From positions 1-60,112 of the IMG/VR virus record IMGVR_UViG_3300022918_000112: a DNA stretch of 60,112 nucleotides; one strand, given 5' to 3'. The stretch comes from a virus. Its lineage: Duplodnaviria; Caudoviricetes. Both the position numbers and the translations under genes were made by a program. The notes under the pieces are model-generated. The model was not told the origin of the DNA. It did no database searches and worked only from the letters and a program-made list of their open reading frames with translations. Numbering within the stretch: position 1 is the first letter of the stretch; each line of letters opens with the position of its first letter. Below are positions 8,872 to 18,183 of the stretch, in pieces.

Positions 8872-8905
8872 AGCGCATCTACCTCAGCGGCCCGATGACC
8901 GGCCC
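8868..8905 (+). pseudogene. N-terminal stub of a DUF4406-like gene
   Basis: MKRIYLSGPMTG start, then abrupt switch to AT-rich unrelated sequence. Confidence 0.6.
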
Positions 8906-8962
8906 GCCAGAACACCACTGGAGATACGCCTCCCCAGACCAACGAACTCTACGCCAAAAATT

Positions 8963-9556
8963 TCACGTTTTAGGCTGTTTTAAAAGCCATGGAAATGTCT
9001 GTTCTAGACTACTAAATAGTTTTGCCTTCGTTTTACGGAGCTCGCGATAATAATCAAGGCAGCGCTGAGGAGGTTTTTCGCTATCTAATTGCGAGTCAAC
9101 CCCATCAATCAAAGTAGTGCCGGGGCCCATTCGGAGTGCCTTTTGTGCATTATTTATGAGCTCCACGTTATCTTTAGCTCCCTGCATCGAACATGCCCCG
9201 ATGGCTTTTTTAACCAGCACCCTTTCAGAATCGTCTAGCTCGGCGGGGTCGTTATCAAGATCGATTAGCTTTTGTAAAAAAGCTACCTGAGCTTTAGTCT
9301 CCTCAGAATTTAAAGCATGACTAGTGGAAAATGCGTCGCTTACGGATAGAAATGTAAAAACAATAGAAACTAAAGGAGGCAAGTAAGAGCGAGGCTCTGT
9401 CCAGTCTTCCCAAAACACTACAGACGCGGCAGCAGCTAGACCGGCAACAATAAATCCAGCAAACGCCCAATAATGTTCGCCATGAAATGCAACTCCTGCC
9501 AACACCACACCTATTACTAGCGAAATGAAGCCTACTACCAAGCGCCAACTTTCCAT
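8963..9556 (-). CDS. Membrane protein moron (3 N-terminal TM helices)
   Basis: Hydrophobic N-half, AT-rich, counter-oriented. Confidence 0.7.
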   Translation of the reverse strand: MESWRLVVGFISLVIGVVLAGVAFHGEHYWAFAGFIVAGLAAAASVVFWEDWTEPRSYLPPLVSIVFTFLSVSDAFSTSHALNSEETKAQVAFLQKLIDLDNDPAELDDSERVLVKKAIGACSMQGAKDNVELINNAQKALRMGPGTTLIDGVDSQLDSEKPPQRCLDYYRELRKTKAKLFSSLEQTFPWLLKQPKT

Positions 9557-9669
9557 TTATGCTGAACCTTCGTGAGTTTAAGGTTGCTCAGTATAATCAA
9601 TTAGTTAATTCCCCCCAACCAAGATCAATCATTTTCCTACCCAGCCGTTATAGCGGCAAGGACGAAGTC

Positions 9670-9996
9670 ATGCCTGAAGAAATCAAATTGATCCAACCGG
9701 CGACGGTTGTGCGCGACGAAATGGGTTCGTTTCAGCATCCCGATATGCCTGACTTCGACGAGGGCGACGGTGACAAGTGCAAAGCCTGGGTAGCGGAACA
9801 GGGTTTGAAGGTGGCGATGGTGAGCCTTGAGTACGCAGACGAAGCCGTTGCAGATCGCTACTTTGAAGCCGGCGATCCCGACTTCAGCTATTGGGAGCCT
9901 GATCGCCCTGAAGGTGAGGATTGGTTCTGCCTGGCGATTCACGACACCGACGACGGCCCTGTGTGCTGGTGGGCTCGCCGCGAGGTGACGCCATGA
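9670..9996 (+). CDS. Acidic phage hypothetical protein
   Basis: AAGGA RBS; WFCLAIHDTDDGPVCWW. Confidence 0.75.
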   Translation: MPEEIKLIQPATVVRDEMGSFQHPDMPDFDEGDGDKCKAWVAEQGLKVAMVSLEYADEAVADRYFEAGDPDFSYWEPDRPEGEDWFCLAIHDTDDGPVCWWARREVTP

Positions 9997-10229
9997 ACGA
10001 AGCACAGCAACTGATAGCAACGCTGGAAATGGAATCTGAAGAGCGAGCGGTCGCCGCTGAGAAGTTTGTCCGTGATACCGGTCGCGCTTCAATTTCAGCA
10101 CTGCAGCGAAACTTCCGGATCGGATACGGCAGTGCCTGCCGGCTGATGGATGAACTGGTAAAGCGGAAGGTCGTGTCGCAGATCGACCAAGAAGGCCGGC
10201 GCACGATACTTGAAAAGGTGACGCCATGA
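9993..10229 (+). CDS. Stand-alone FtsK gamma-domain (winged helix) protein
   Basis: ASISALQRNFRIGYGSACRLMDEL matches the FtsK-gamma pattern ASISxxQRxxRIGYNRAARLxxx. Confidence 0.8.
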   Translation: MNEAQQLIATLEMESEERAVAAEKFVRDTGRASISALQRNFRIGYGSACRLMDELVKRKVVSQIDQEGRRTILEKVTP

Positions 10230-10287
10230 TCCTGCTCACAGCGCCAGCCCTCCCCTGCATGGCCTGGCTCGTCTACTCGGGGCCGCG

Positions 10288-10602
10288 GTGATGAGAAGTG
10301 TTCGCCGATTCGTAGATGATCCATCAGCCGAATACGGTTTCCGCTCGGTGCCAGCGACCTATGAGGACGCCGAGATTATCACCGGCTTCCGACTGGATCG
10401 TCGCGTCAACTACTCGATCAGTGTCGAAGGGGAAGTTGAGCAGGAAAGCTGGTGCACCCTGGATTGCTCCGGATGCAGCTGTGGTTGCGAAGGTGGCTGC
10501 GGATGCGGGCCTTCCGCTGGATGCAGCGAGTGTGGGTACACCGGCAAACGACGGCATCACTTCGGCTTCCCGCCATCTCCGCCAGACCGCAAGAAACCCT
10601 AA
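10288..10602 (+). CDS. Cys-rich phage protein
   Basis: CSGC...GCSECGYTGK zinc-binding-like motif. Confidence 0.65.
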   Translation: MMRSVRRFVDDPSAEYGFRSVPATYEDAEIITGFRLDRRVNYSISVEGEVEQESWCTLDCSGCSCGCEGGCGCGPSAGCSECGYTGKRRHHFGFPPSPPDRKKP

Positions 10603-10653
10603 CCCCCTCTTCCACCTACCAGCCTGCCGGTGAACGGCGGGCGAGGAATTCCT

Positions 10654-10983
10654 ATGACCAAAGATCAGCTCCCATCGCTGGCAGCGGCTGTCGCACGCGC
10701 AATTGATGCCGGCAAGGCCGCCGCTGAGGCCGCGCCAGATGATGGCGGTAGCGCCAACCTCGACCGCGTTTACGTCTGCGTGGGCCTGCTCCGCGAAAGC
10801 ACCTTGGATAAGGCTGGCATTACAGGCTGGATGCAGGCGGCCACCACCTACCACTCCCGCGCGTTTCATCTCAGCGCCCCATTCGCTGGCCAAGGCAACC
10901 GGCGTTATGCCGGCGTGCAGGCCATGTACAAATCACTGAAGGCTGAAGGCGTCGAGTGTGGCGTCTGGTACCAGATGGATTAA
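10654..10983 (+). CDS. Phage hypothetical protein
   Basis: GAGGA RBS, ATG 10654. Confidence 0.7.
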   Translation: MTKDQLPSLAAAVARAIDAGKAAAEAAPDDGGSANLDRVYVCVGLLRESTLDKAGITGWMQAATTYHSRAFHLSAPFAGQGNRRYAGVQAMYKSLKAEGVECGVWYQMD

Positions 10984-11030
10984 CCACCCCTCCCCACCTT
11001 CTGCCGCCACGCGCGGCATGGAGCACCCCT

Positions 11031-11273
11031 ATGGAAAATGAAATTCTCTCGGACGAAGAGCTGGCAGACCTCACCGGCTACAAGGCCAGGGCCTACCAGC
11101 GACGCTGGCTGGTTGATCGCCAATGGGTTTTCGTCGAAAGCCGTGGCAAGCGGCCTCTAGTTGGCCGGATGTATGCCCGTATGAAACTGGGCATGATCTC
11201 CCCCGCCATCGCTGACCCCAACCCACCGCCGGCAGCTCCGGCATGGACGCCAGACTTCTCGCGAGTGAACTGA
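11031..11273 (+). CDS. Excisionase-like protein (DUF4224 type)
   Basis: LSDEELADLTGYK...QRRWL; immediately upstream of integrase. Confidence 0.8.
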   Translation: MENEILSDEELADLTGYKARAYQRRWLVDRQWVFVESRGKRPLVGRMYARMKLGMISPAIADPNPPPAAPAWTPDFSRVN

Positions 11274-11274
11274 T

Positions 11275-12324
11275 ATGCGACCCCGCAAGGCCGAAACACG
11301 TAATTTGCCGCCCCGGATGTACCAGTGGACGCGGCCACGGAAAAGTGGAAAGGACTGGATTGCCTATTACTACTTGGACATGACCGGCAAGGCGATCCCA
11401 TTGGGCAAAGACCTGGACCTCGCCAGGATCAAATGGGCAGAACTCGAAGCCAAGGAAAAACCTCTCGACCTGCGCACCATGAAGGGAATTTTTGACAGGT
11501 ACATCCGCGACATCGTGTCCAAGAAAGCGCCGCGCACCCAAAAGGACAATCTGTCGGAGATCAAGCAGCTGCGGCCGATGTTCGACAGCGCCCCCATTGA
11601 CTCGATCACCCCGGCCACGATTGCCGGGTACCGGGATGCACGGACGGCAAAGGTTCGGGCGAATCGTGAGATTGCCACCCTTTCCCACGTGTTCAACATT
11701 GCTCGGGAATGGGGGCTGACAACCAAAGAAAATCCCTGCCAAGGCGTTCGCAAAAACAAGGAAACGCCGCGGGACTATTACGCAAATGACGTGGTTTGGG
11801 ATGCTGTTTACAAGAAGGCAGCTCAAGAGCTGAAAGATGCGATGGACCTGGCCTATCTGACCGGGCAACGGCCGGCAGACGTGCTGATTATGCGGAAGGA
11901 TGATGCAGAAGGAGGATACCTGGGGGTGCTACAGAACAAGACGCACAAAAAGCTGCGGATTCAGATGACCGCCGGAGGCGAGGCAAACAGCCTAGGACGA
12001 TTGATCGCGGAAATAACGGCGCGCAATGCTCAGCACCTATCCAACTACCTGATTGTGAGTCGGCACGGTAAAAGGATGACCGCGACGATGCTGAGAAAGC
12101 GGTGGGACATTGCGCGCGAGAAAGCAAAGTTGGCCGCGATCGAGATCGGCGACGAGCTGCTGGCGACAAAAATCGGTGGATTCCAGTTCCGTGATATCAG
12201 GCCAAAAGCTGCTTCTGAAATCCTCGACATTGGGGAAGCGAGCTTGCTTCTGGGTCACACCAAAGGCGACATCACGGAACGCGTTTACCGCCGCATCGGC
12301 GCCATTGCCAAGCCGTCAAAATAG
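11275..12324 (+). CDS. int: Tyrosine integrase
   Basis: TGQR, QNKT, FRDIR, LLGH, VY catalytic residues; frame intact. Confidence 0.93.
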   Translation: MRPRKAETRNLPPRMYQWTRPRKSGKDWIAYYYLDMTGKAIPLGKDLDLARIKWAELEAKEKPLDLRTMKGIFDRYIRDIVSKKAPRTQKDNLSEIKQLRPMFDSAPIDSITPATIAGYRDARTAKVRANREIATLSHVFNIAREWGLTTKENPCQGVRKNKETPRDYYANDVVWDAVYKKAAQELKDAMDLAYLTGQRPADVLIMRKDDAEGGYLGVLQNKTHKKLRIQMTAGGEANSLGRLIAEITARNAQHLSNYLIVSRHGKRMTATMLRKRWDIAREKAKLAAIEIGDELLATKIGGFQFRDIRPKAASEILDIGEASLLLGHTKGDITERVYRRIGAIAKPSK

Positions 12325-12447
12325 CCCGAAAACCCGTTACAAAACTCAAACTCCGCCCCTTGTAGAATGCGGTTTACAGAGGTGCCGAAAAACAAAAGTA
12401 CTGTAACGAAAAACAGCTACGGGCCACGGTTTCAGCGGCTTTAAATA

Positions 12448-12508
12448 GCGGTCTTGAAAACCGTCGACTGTAACAGGTCCATGAGTTCGAATCCCATCGC
12501 CTCCGCCA
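12448..12508 (+). tRNA. 3' fragment of tRNA-Ser(UGA), att core; not a complete gene
   Basis: GCGGT-CTTGAAA-ACCGT anticodon arm, long variable arm, GTTCGAATC, ends GCCA; 5' acceptor strand and D arm absent. Confidence 0.85.
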
Positions 12509-12515
12509 TCTTTAT

Positions 12516-12551
12516 ACGACAAAGCCCTGATTTTTCAGGGCTTTGTCGTTT
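12516..12551 (+). terminator. Terminator after the tRNA fragment
   Basis: ACGACAAAGCCCTGA/TCAGGGCTTTGTCGT inverted repeat. Confidence 0.8.
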
Positions 12552-12712
12552 CTGGGGTTTGAGATTTCCGCCGGGATTTTTGAGGCGTTACAAAACTATT
12601 TGGTAACCGTTACAAAACTTTCCGGTTTTTCCCATCCTGCGGCGCCCTGCCGATCCTTAAATATCCTTCATGTAACGCGATGCTACGCTGTCCTCAAAAC
12701 CGAGGATTTGCG

Positions 12713-12922
12713 ATGCCACATTCAGACCTGCTCCCTTCCCTGCTATTCAAAATCAACGAAAACCAGCTCGCCCTTGAGGCCGCCATCCTGGAGCTTTCCA
12801 ACTGGGTCGAGGCCCGCGGCTCGGATGACGTCGCAGACAACGTGCGCGGCGCATTGGACACCATCGACAAGAACGAGGAGTTCATCAAGATGACGCTTGC
12901 GGTGATGATGACGCCGGAGTGA
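12713..12922 (+). CDS. Small helical protein typical of Pseudomonas prophage ends
   Basis: GAGGA RBS; MPHSDLLPSLLFKINENQLALEAAI. Confidence 0.75.
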   Translation: MPHSDLLPSLLFKINENQLALEAAILELSNWVEARGSDDVADNVRGALDTIDKNEEFIKMTLAVMMTPE

Positions 12923-12975
12923 GGTCCGGACTGATGTGCACTTTGGCCACAAACAACGCAAATGAGGATTTACAA

Positions 12976-13974
12976 TTAAATCGATGCGCGATCAATAATC
13001 TCACCATCAACGTTCTTGCGTATCAACTCGCCAGATGCGAACTCAGCAAGAAACGCTTCGTAAGGCGCATTGGGTATAGGGGCGTGGAATGGCATTTGGC
13101 CGCTTCGGGCATTAGCTGTCAATTCTCGAAGTGTTTCCGCGTGCCAGCACTTACCTAACGCTACTTCGCCCAGCCGCGTACTGCCGATTGTGCCCGAGTA
13201 CACTCCCAAGAATTTGAAACTTTTCACGGTTTCATGGGTAAGTGCTTGAGTATCAAGTCCCATCAGCGCATCCAGCGCACCAATGGTTCCGCCGAGCATT
13301 TGCTCGAACACCTCATTGTTCGCCTTATTTCCTGCACCAACCCGCTTGTCGTCTTGCGCGATCAGCACTGGCGCACCAGACATCCCGGCTCGGGACAACG
13401 AGTCAATAAGCAACACTCGTCCACCAAGCCGCAAGGCCGGTTCTGTTGCGATACTGCCTCTCTTCCAAACAGGTAGGTAGTAGGGTGCATCGTTGCCAAA
13501 GGTCCCAGTCATGTCCTCCCGGCTGAAGGGGTAGCCGAGAATGAACACATCCTTAGCCACCGTTTCATTGATATGCGTATCATTTTCAACTGAATGAATA
13601 TCTACAAACTCAAAGTGGTTTTCGAGAGTCATCGGCAAGGGATAAATCACGATGTCAACGTCCCCGCCTGCAGGATGTTCTTCCCACAACGGTTCCATCG
13701 CGGCGTTGTAAAGTGGAAGGGTTAGCTCAATCAGACTTTTACTTTTGCTTAACACCGTGACTTTGAGTAGGTGCGGTGGCGGATTTGATCCCATGACAGA
13801 CGGAGTAGCAGGGTCAAGGCCCGTGACAACGTGCCAGTTCGTCACCAACAACAATGACTGGCTAGCACGAATAAAGAAGCCCGTCGCATAAGAGCGTTGT
13901 ATGTGCTGACCTGTCTCAGGGTGAATAAAGTAGGTTTGTATGTAAGTAGTGGCGCGCGACAGCTGATGGATCAC
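12976..13974 (-). CDS. Trypsin-like serine protease moron
   Basis: ATGFF, TNWHV, DVDI, GYP, GMSGAPV triad motifs; GGAG RBS before GTG 13974. Confidence 0.8.
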   Translation of the reverse strand: MIHQLSRATTYIQTYFIHPETGQHIQRSYATGFFIRASQSLLLVTNWHVVTGLDPATPSVMGSNPPPHLLKVTVLSKSKSLIELTLPLYNAAMEPLWEEHPAGGDVDIVIYPLPMTLENHFEFVDIHSVENDTHINETVAKDVFILGYPFSREDMTGTFGNDAPYYLPVWKRGSIATEPALRLGGRVLLIDSLSRAGMSGAPVLIAQDDKRVGAGNKANNEVFEQMLGGTIGALDALMGLDTQALTHETVKSFKFLGVYSGTIGSTRLGEVALGKCWHAETLRELTANARSGQMPFHAPIPNAPYEAFLAEFASGELIRKNVDGEIIDRASI

Positions 13975-14072
13975 AATACACTCCAGATACAAAATATCGG
14001 CCGGTGCATAGATGATAGCGGTACTGCTGCAACAATCCTCGTCATTTCGTATCGACCTTGCCGCAGCTAAAT

Positions 14073-14552
14073 CTATCGATTCAGCTCCCTCACATAAGCT
14101 TGGCACGCCGCCAACGCGATCAGCCCTTGATCGCCTGCAACGGTGATTCCGATAATTCGTTGAGCATGCGCTGGGTCAAGTCGAGCGCGCGTTCCTCCAT
14201 GAACCACGCTGCTGGCGCCGGCACCGACTGGCACTGAACAGCCACTGGCTGGATCCGCAGCGTCGATGAGGACTGACAGCCGCAAATCAGAAGTGCCAAG
14301 GCGATCGCGCAGGAGAGCCTGGTCTTTTTGTGCATTGGTCATTTTCTCGAAGTGGGTTTTCTCGCTGGCCACGAGCCGTTGCTCGAGTGCGAGGCGCTTG
14401 TCCTGCTCGGCCTGCTGAGCGGTGGCGGCGGAAATGGTCAGTTGATTCAGGATGTCGGCGCAGCGTCAGTCCTGGAACTGCCAGGCGCTGCCGGCGCCAA
14501 GCATGATCATCGCCAGCTCGCCGACCGCCTTCCACGGAATTGCTACAGGCAT
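14073..14552 (-). pseudogene. Rz-like i-spanin with premature stop
   Basis: TM N-terminus then in-frame TGA at 14466-14468 (codon 29); the coiled coil and ACQAYV end continue in the same frame. Confidence 0.75.
14120..14335 (-). CDS. Rz1-like o-spanin lipoprotein nested in Rz
   Basis: Hydrophobic signal with Cys (LICGC), Pro-rich PAPAAWFM. Confidence 0.65.
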   Translation of the reverse strand: MHKKTRLSCAIALALLICGCQSSSTLRIQPVAVQCQSVPAPAAWFMEERALDLTQRMLNELSESPLQAIKG

Positions 14553-14702
14553 CACTTACCCTCTTGTGGTAGATGTTGAGTGATCTGACAACTATCGCAG
14601 TGGTGCGACGAAAATTGACGACGATATTTCGAATTGCAACATTTAGGTTGTATCCTTCCCTACGCCAAGAAGGGCTTGGTTTAGAAAAGTACGAGGCTTG
14701 TA

Positions 14703-15005
14703 ATGAGCATTAAAATGGATGCAGTAATCGCAGGGATCACTGGCGCGCTTAACAAAGCCGAATCCAACGACCGTGCTGAATTCGTGATCGGGAATACCGT
14801 GGTAACAATCGATCCACGCGGTATCAGCATTGTGCTCAACGAAAGCAATCTAGATCCGGTAGCACTGAGAATCCACCGCCCGGAAACTGACGTATCATGC
14901 TGGGGATACGTTCTTGCTCACGATCCGCGAAAACCCAAACGTGTACCTGCCGATATTGATCTGGGTGCGGAAAGTTTCAATGTAATCGGATGCTTGCGGA
15001 GATGA
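14703..15005 (+). CDS. Moron hypothetical protein
   Basis: GAGG RBS, counter-oriented between endolysin and Rz. Confidence 0.6.
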   Translation: MSIKMDAVIAGITGALNKAESNDRAEFVIGNTVVTIDPRGISIVLNESNLDPVALRIHRPETDVSCWGYVLAHDPRKPKRVPADIDLGAESFNVIGCLRR

Positions 15006-15032
15006 AATCAAGTCCAGATTTTCACAGCATGG

Positions 15033-15455
15033 TCACGGAACATCCCTGAAGAAGACGTGACCACCAAGCCTGAGCGTTCGCGTGGCATTAACAGACCAGC
15101 CCGGCGCCTTGATGCTGGTCGCGTAGTAATGCGTAGCGCCGCCGGTGGGGTCTGGTACCTTTCCGTCGATCATCTGGTCAGCGGCAATACGCGCCTGCGC
15201 CAGCTCGCGGAACGGGATCTGTTTCACACCGATCAGGAACTGATAGTTCGGGTCGTTCTTGTTCCAGCAGCTAAACTGGTACGGCTTTTGGCAGACGCCG
15301 GCATAGCCTTCGCCCCACCACGATCTGGCCTTGCCGTCGTTCATACGGTTGCGGATCGTCCAGGCTACGGCGATCTGGCCGGCCAACGATTCGCCGCGGG
15401 CTTCACCCCACAGTGTGCGCGCGAGGATGTCGCGGTCTTGTTCAGTGACGGTCAT
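15033..15455 (-). CDS. Endolysin, SleB-like cell wall hydrolase
   Basis: LARTLWGEARGE, YQFSCWN, GATHYY, GGHVFF. Confidence 0.88.
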   Translation of the reverse strand: MTVTEQDRDILARTLWGEARGESLAGQIAVAWTIRNRMNDGKARSWWGEGYAGVCQKPYQFSCWNKNDPNYQFLIGVKQIPFRELAQARIAADQMIDGKVPDPTGGATHYYATSIKAPGWSVNATRTLRLGGHVFFRDVP

Positions 15456-15516
15456 ACTTTTCTCCAGGCAAAAAAATCCCGCTCGATGGCGGGTTGCGTT
15501 GTGCTGCAGTGGCGCG

Positions 15517-15882
15517 TCAGATCAGGTCGACGGCCACAGTTTGGGGGTCTGCCACGATTACCGGCACCACTGGCTCAACTGGCCAAACCGGCGCGGCGTA
15601 CCAGGTCGGTTGCACGGTGACCTTGCCCAGTGCGAACTTGTAGGTTTTCCAGGCTTTGAGATTGATCAGCAGCGCGGCCTGCTCTGCCTCATCTTTCTCG
15701 GTCGCTTCGCCAACTTCGATGCCGAACCCGATCGTGTCTATGCGCTCCTGGATACGGGCAATCTGCGCGAGCGCTTTTATGTTCCTGCCTGACAACTCAG
15801 CTTTGGCTGCAGCCAGTTGAGCTGCTTGGCCAGCAGCGTCTTTCATGGCTTTGGTGATCAGCTGGGACCAATCGATGTTCAT
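15517..15882 (-). CDS. Tail fibre assembly/chaperone-like protein
   Basis: IDWSQLIT start, AWKTYKFAL...WPVEP; position after tail fibre. Confidence 0.75.
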   Translation of the reverse strand: MNIDWSQLITKAMKDAAGQAAQLAAAKAELSGRNIKALAQIARIQERIDTIGFGIEVGEATEKDEAEQAALLINLKAWKTYKFALGKVTVQPTWYAAPVWPVEPVVPVIVADPQTVAVDLI

Positions 15883-16214
15883 GCGTCAGATCTCCCTTCC
15901 TGCGATACCACTGGTTGCGGCAAAGACTGCGGCAAGGCCACTGTGCCGTCGGGAACACTCATTAGAGGCTCAGGAAACGCCTGTTCTTGGCTGAAGTTGG
16001 CGGGTATTGGCAGGATGAGCGTTAGGGTTAAATCGCCATTAACATTGTCGACGCTCTCAAAAAACCATTTGGATGCTATTGCGCCAGCCGGGAGAGTGTC
16101 GCCGTCCACCATGCGAGAGAAGTCGAAGTCTTCACCGTTTACGGTTAAAGCACTGCCATTCTTGATTACGCTCAGAGTTTCTTCGAGCCGAACCGGGTAA
16201 AGATTAATATCCAT
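15879..16214 (-). CDS. Tail fibre-associated protein
   Basis: GGAGG RBS, ATG 16214; NGEDFDFS...GDTLP. Confidence 0.7.
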   Translation of the reverse strand: MDINLYPVRLEETLSVIKNGSALTVNGEDFDFSRMVDGDTLPAGAIASKWFFESVDNVNGDLTLTLILPIPANFSQEQAFPEPLMSVPDGTVALPQSLPQPVVSQEGRSDA

Positions 16215-17128
16215 TAGTACCACCTCCCAATGGCAGATATGTTTATGAAGCAGCCTTGTGTGGTAGTCCCTGAAGCCACGCCACGCCAACTGCCGGCACT
16301 TGTGGCGCTGGTGCCGAGTGCGTTTGCTGCCCACATTGTCCAGGCAGTTCCTGGAACAATTCCGATTGCGGAAACAATCGGGTTCTCCACAAAGGGAACA
16401 GGCCAATCCCCCGCGCTAAATTGGCCGGTTATGAAGACACCGTTGTTGACATTACTAATCGAGTCCGTGCTTATTACTTTTCGGCAGATCATTGTCCCGT
16501 CCGCCCATTTAGTCCAACTCCCCGCAGCGCTTGCACCACGTTCAACGACAGCTCCAGTCGGCACGCCACCAGTCTGCGAAACCGCCCCAACGATATTGGA
16601 CTTTCCGTAAGCGCCTGCTGCTTGTAGTACGGCCAGCAGTGCAGCCGTTGTACCAACGCCCGTCCCACCCTGCACGACGCTGAGCGCTGTCGTTAATCCA
16701 GAGAGCGAGGTGATGTCGCTGTTCGGGCCGGACTTGGCGGCGCCAAGACCCGAGCGCGCACCAGCTTGGTCAGTCCCACCCGTACCTCCCTTGATCACTG
16801 GCAATACATCGTAGTTACCGGTGGAGCCAAGCCCGGCCATTTTCTGGCCGTAAGTATTCACCCAGTCCCGCACCTGATCAGCCAAGCCTTTTTGGTAACC
16901 CTGAACCGGTGTTACTGCGTAAGTCGCACCAACGACTGTTGGCCCCAGATACGGCGGGATGATAGAGATCACCGTATCGCTTGCGACGTTCCCAAGCTCG
17001 TATTGGCGACCATCTGGGCCGATGAAGGCATCGCCGATCCGGGTGTTTGCTGCAAAAGCGGTATTAACACCGGTCACGGTGCTCGAATTTTGGGTGACAG
17101 AAACCGTTCCCAACCTGTGCCAGGGCAT
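16214..17128 (-). CDS. Side tail fibre protein
   Basis: GTVSVT N-terminus, KGGTG repeats, SDITSLSGL, WTKWADGTMIC...AIGRW C-terminal domain. Confidence 0.85.
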   Translation of the reverse strand: MPWHRLGTVSVTQNSSTVTGVNTAFAANTRIGDAFIGPDGRQYELGNVASDTVISIIPPYLGPTVVGATYAVTPVQGYQKGLADQVRDWVNTYGQKMAGLGSTGNYDVLPVIKGGTGGTDQAGARSGLGAAKSGPNSDITSLSGLTTALSVVQGGTGVGTTAALLAVLQAAGAYGKSNIVGAVSQTGGVPTGAVVERGASAAGSWTKWADGTMICRKVISTDSISNVNNGVFITGQFSAGDWPVPFVENPIVSAIGIVPGTAWTMWAANALGTSATSAGSWRGVASGTTTQGCFINISAIGRWY

Positions 17129-17167
17129 TGAGTATCTCCAGAATAAATAGGTGCGAAGCGGAAGAAG

Positions 17168-17827
17168 TCAGGCCAGTAATTTGGCACAGAGGAATGGGCG
17201 GTGACCTTGGTCAGTCCAGGCAGTTGTTGCGAGGCTGTACATCATGATCCGGCCGTTGGCGTAATCGACGCCCAATGCGCAACCGCCACCCGTCGCATCG
17301 TTATGGCAGTTCATGGCGAACGGGTTCAGGGATACGTACTCTCCCACACCAAGCACCTTGTTAATCCCCCAGAAGTACCGGCGGCCGACGGTCAGCTGCT
17401 CGGTACCGAGGTACGTCCAGTTGCCTGCGGCGAAGGTCACGATCACCGCAGGTGCGCCACTGTCGTAAACAAGTGTCGCGTTCTGGTCCCACAACCGCAG
17501 GCCATAGGCGGCCGTGCCCATGGACGCCCAGGCGGCGGCGAAATACTGGCCGCTTAACGTGGCGTAGACGTTGGATGCCTTCATGGTGAACCCGGTCCAG
17601 TTCCCCGGCCCGCCGGTGAACCACACCGATATCGGCACCTGGATCGTTCCCTGATCCGGGCGAATAAACACTAGAGGTGGGTCCTGGCTTGTGATTGCTC
17701 TGGCAAACACCCCGGACGCATTGGTAGTCCCCGAATACGTCCCCTTGGTAAGCATGCAAAGTCTGGGGGCCTCGGCGTCAATCTGAACAAATGCATTGTC
17801 ATTGATGCTCTGAAACCCAAAGCTCAT
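17168..17827 (-). CDS. Tail tip accessory protein
   Basis: MSFG start, YGLRLWD motif, synteny after J. Confidence 0.7.
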   Translation of the reverse strand: MSFGFQSINDNAFVQIDAEAPRLCMLTKGTYSGTTNASGVFARAITSQDPPLVFIRPDQGTIQVPISVWFTGGPGNWTGFTMKASNVYATLSGQYFAAAWASMGTAAYGLRLWDQNATLVYDSGAPAVIVTFAAGNWTYLGTEQLTVGRRYFWGINKVLGVGEYVSLNPFAMNCHNDATGGGCALGVDYANGRIMMYSLATTAWTDQGHRPFLCAKLLA

Positions 17828-18180
17828 GTCGAGTACCTTATCGCGTAGCCCTTGGCGACAACCACTGAGCCAATAGTGGAAGCGCTTGCAGACGGATTTT
17901 TTCTCAGGACGACGACCTGCCCCATCGAAGTGGTGACGAACGGATAGGACTTTTGGTTTCCGGTCCCGTCTGTCTCTGCTGATTGCACGTCCTGTGCCCT
18001 GGTCGGAATGATCATGAACACGCAGTTGGCCGGGTTGAAGCCCGGAATGTTCAGCGTGTAGCTGGGCGTGACTCCGCTGAAGTCGATCACGCCCTGCCAG
18101 ATCACTTGGTAGGTGAAGCTATTGGTGTCCATGGATAGGCCACCGTTTGAATCAAAAACACGCAGGCCAAATGAAGCCAT
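17824..18180 (-). CDS. Tail tip accessory protein
   Basis: FGLRVFD start, directly after J. Confidence 0.7.
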   Translation of the reverse strand: MASFGLRVFDSNGGLSMDTNSFTYQVIWQGVIDFSGVTPSYTLNIPGFNPANCVFMIIPTRAQDVQSAETDGTGNQKSYPFVTTSMGQVVVLRKNPSASASTIGSVVVAKGYAIRYST

Positions 18181-18183
18181 GGT

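Larger units (their letters stand above)
12335..12677. promoter_or_regulatory. attP: tRNA core flanked by integrase arm-type repeats
   Basis: CGTTACAAAACT at 12335, 12586 and 12608; inverted variants at 12397-12408 and 12671-12677. Confidence 0.8.

Noticed and set aside
12448-12508. Functional phage tRNA-Ser gene
   Set aside because: 5' acceptor strand and D arm are missing; it is an att core
12335-12620. Boundary between two separate tandem prophages
   Set aside because: Arm repeats lie on both sides of the core, no modules are duplicated, and the two halves together make exactly one genome
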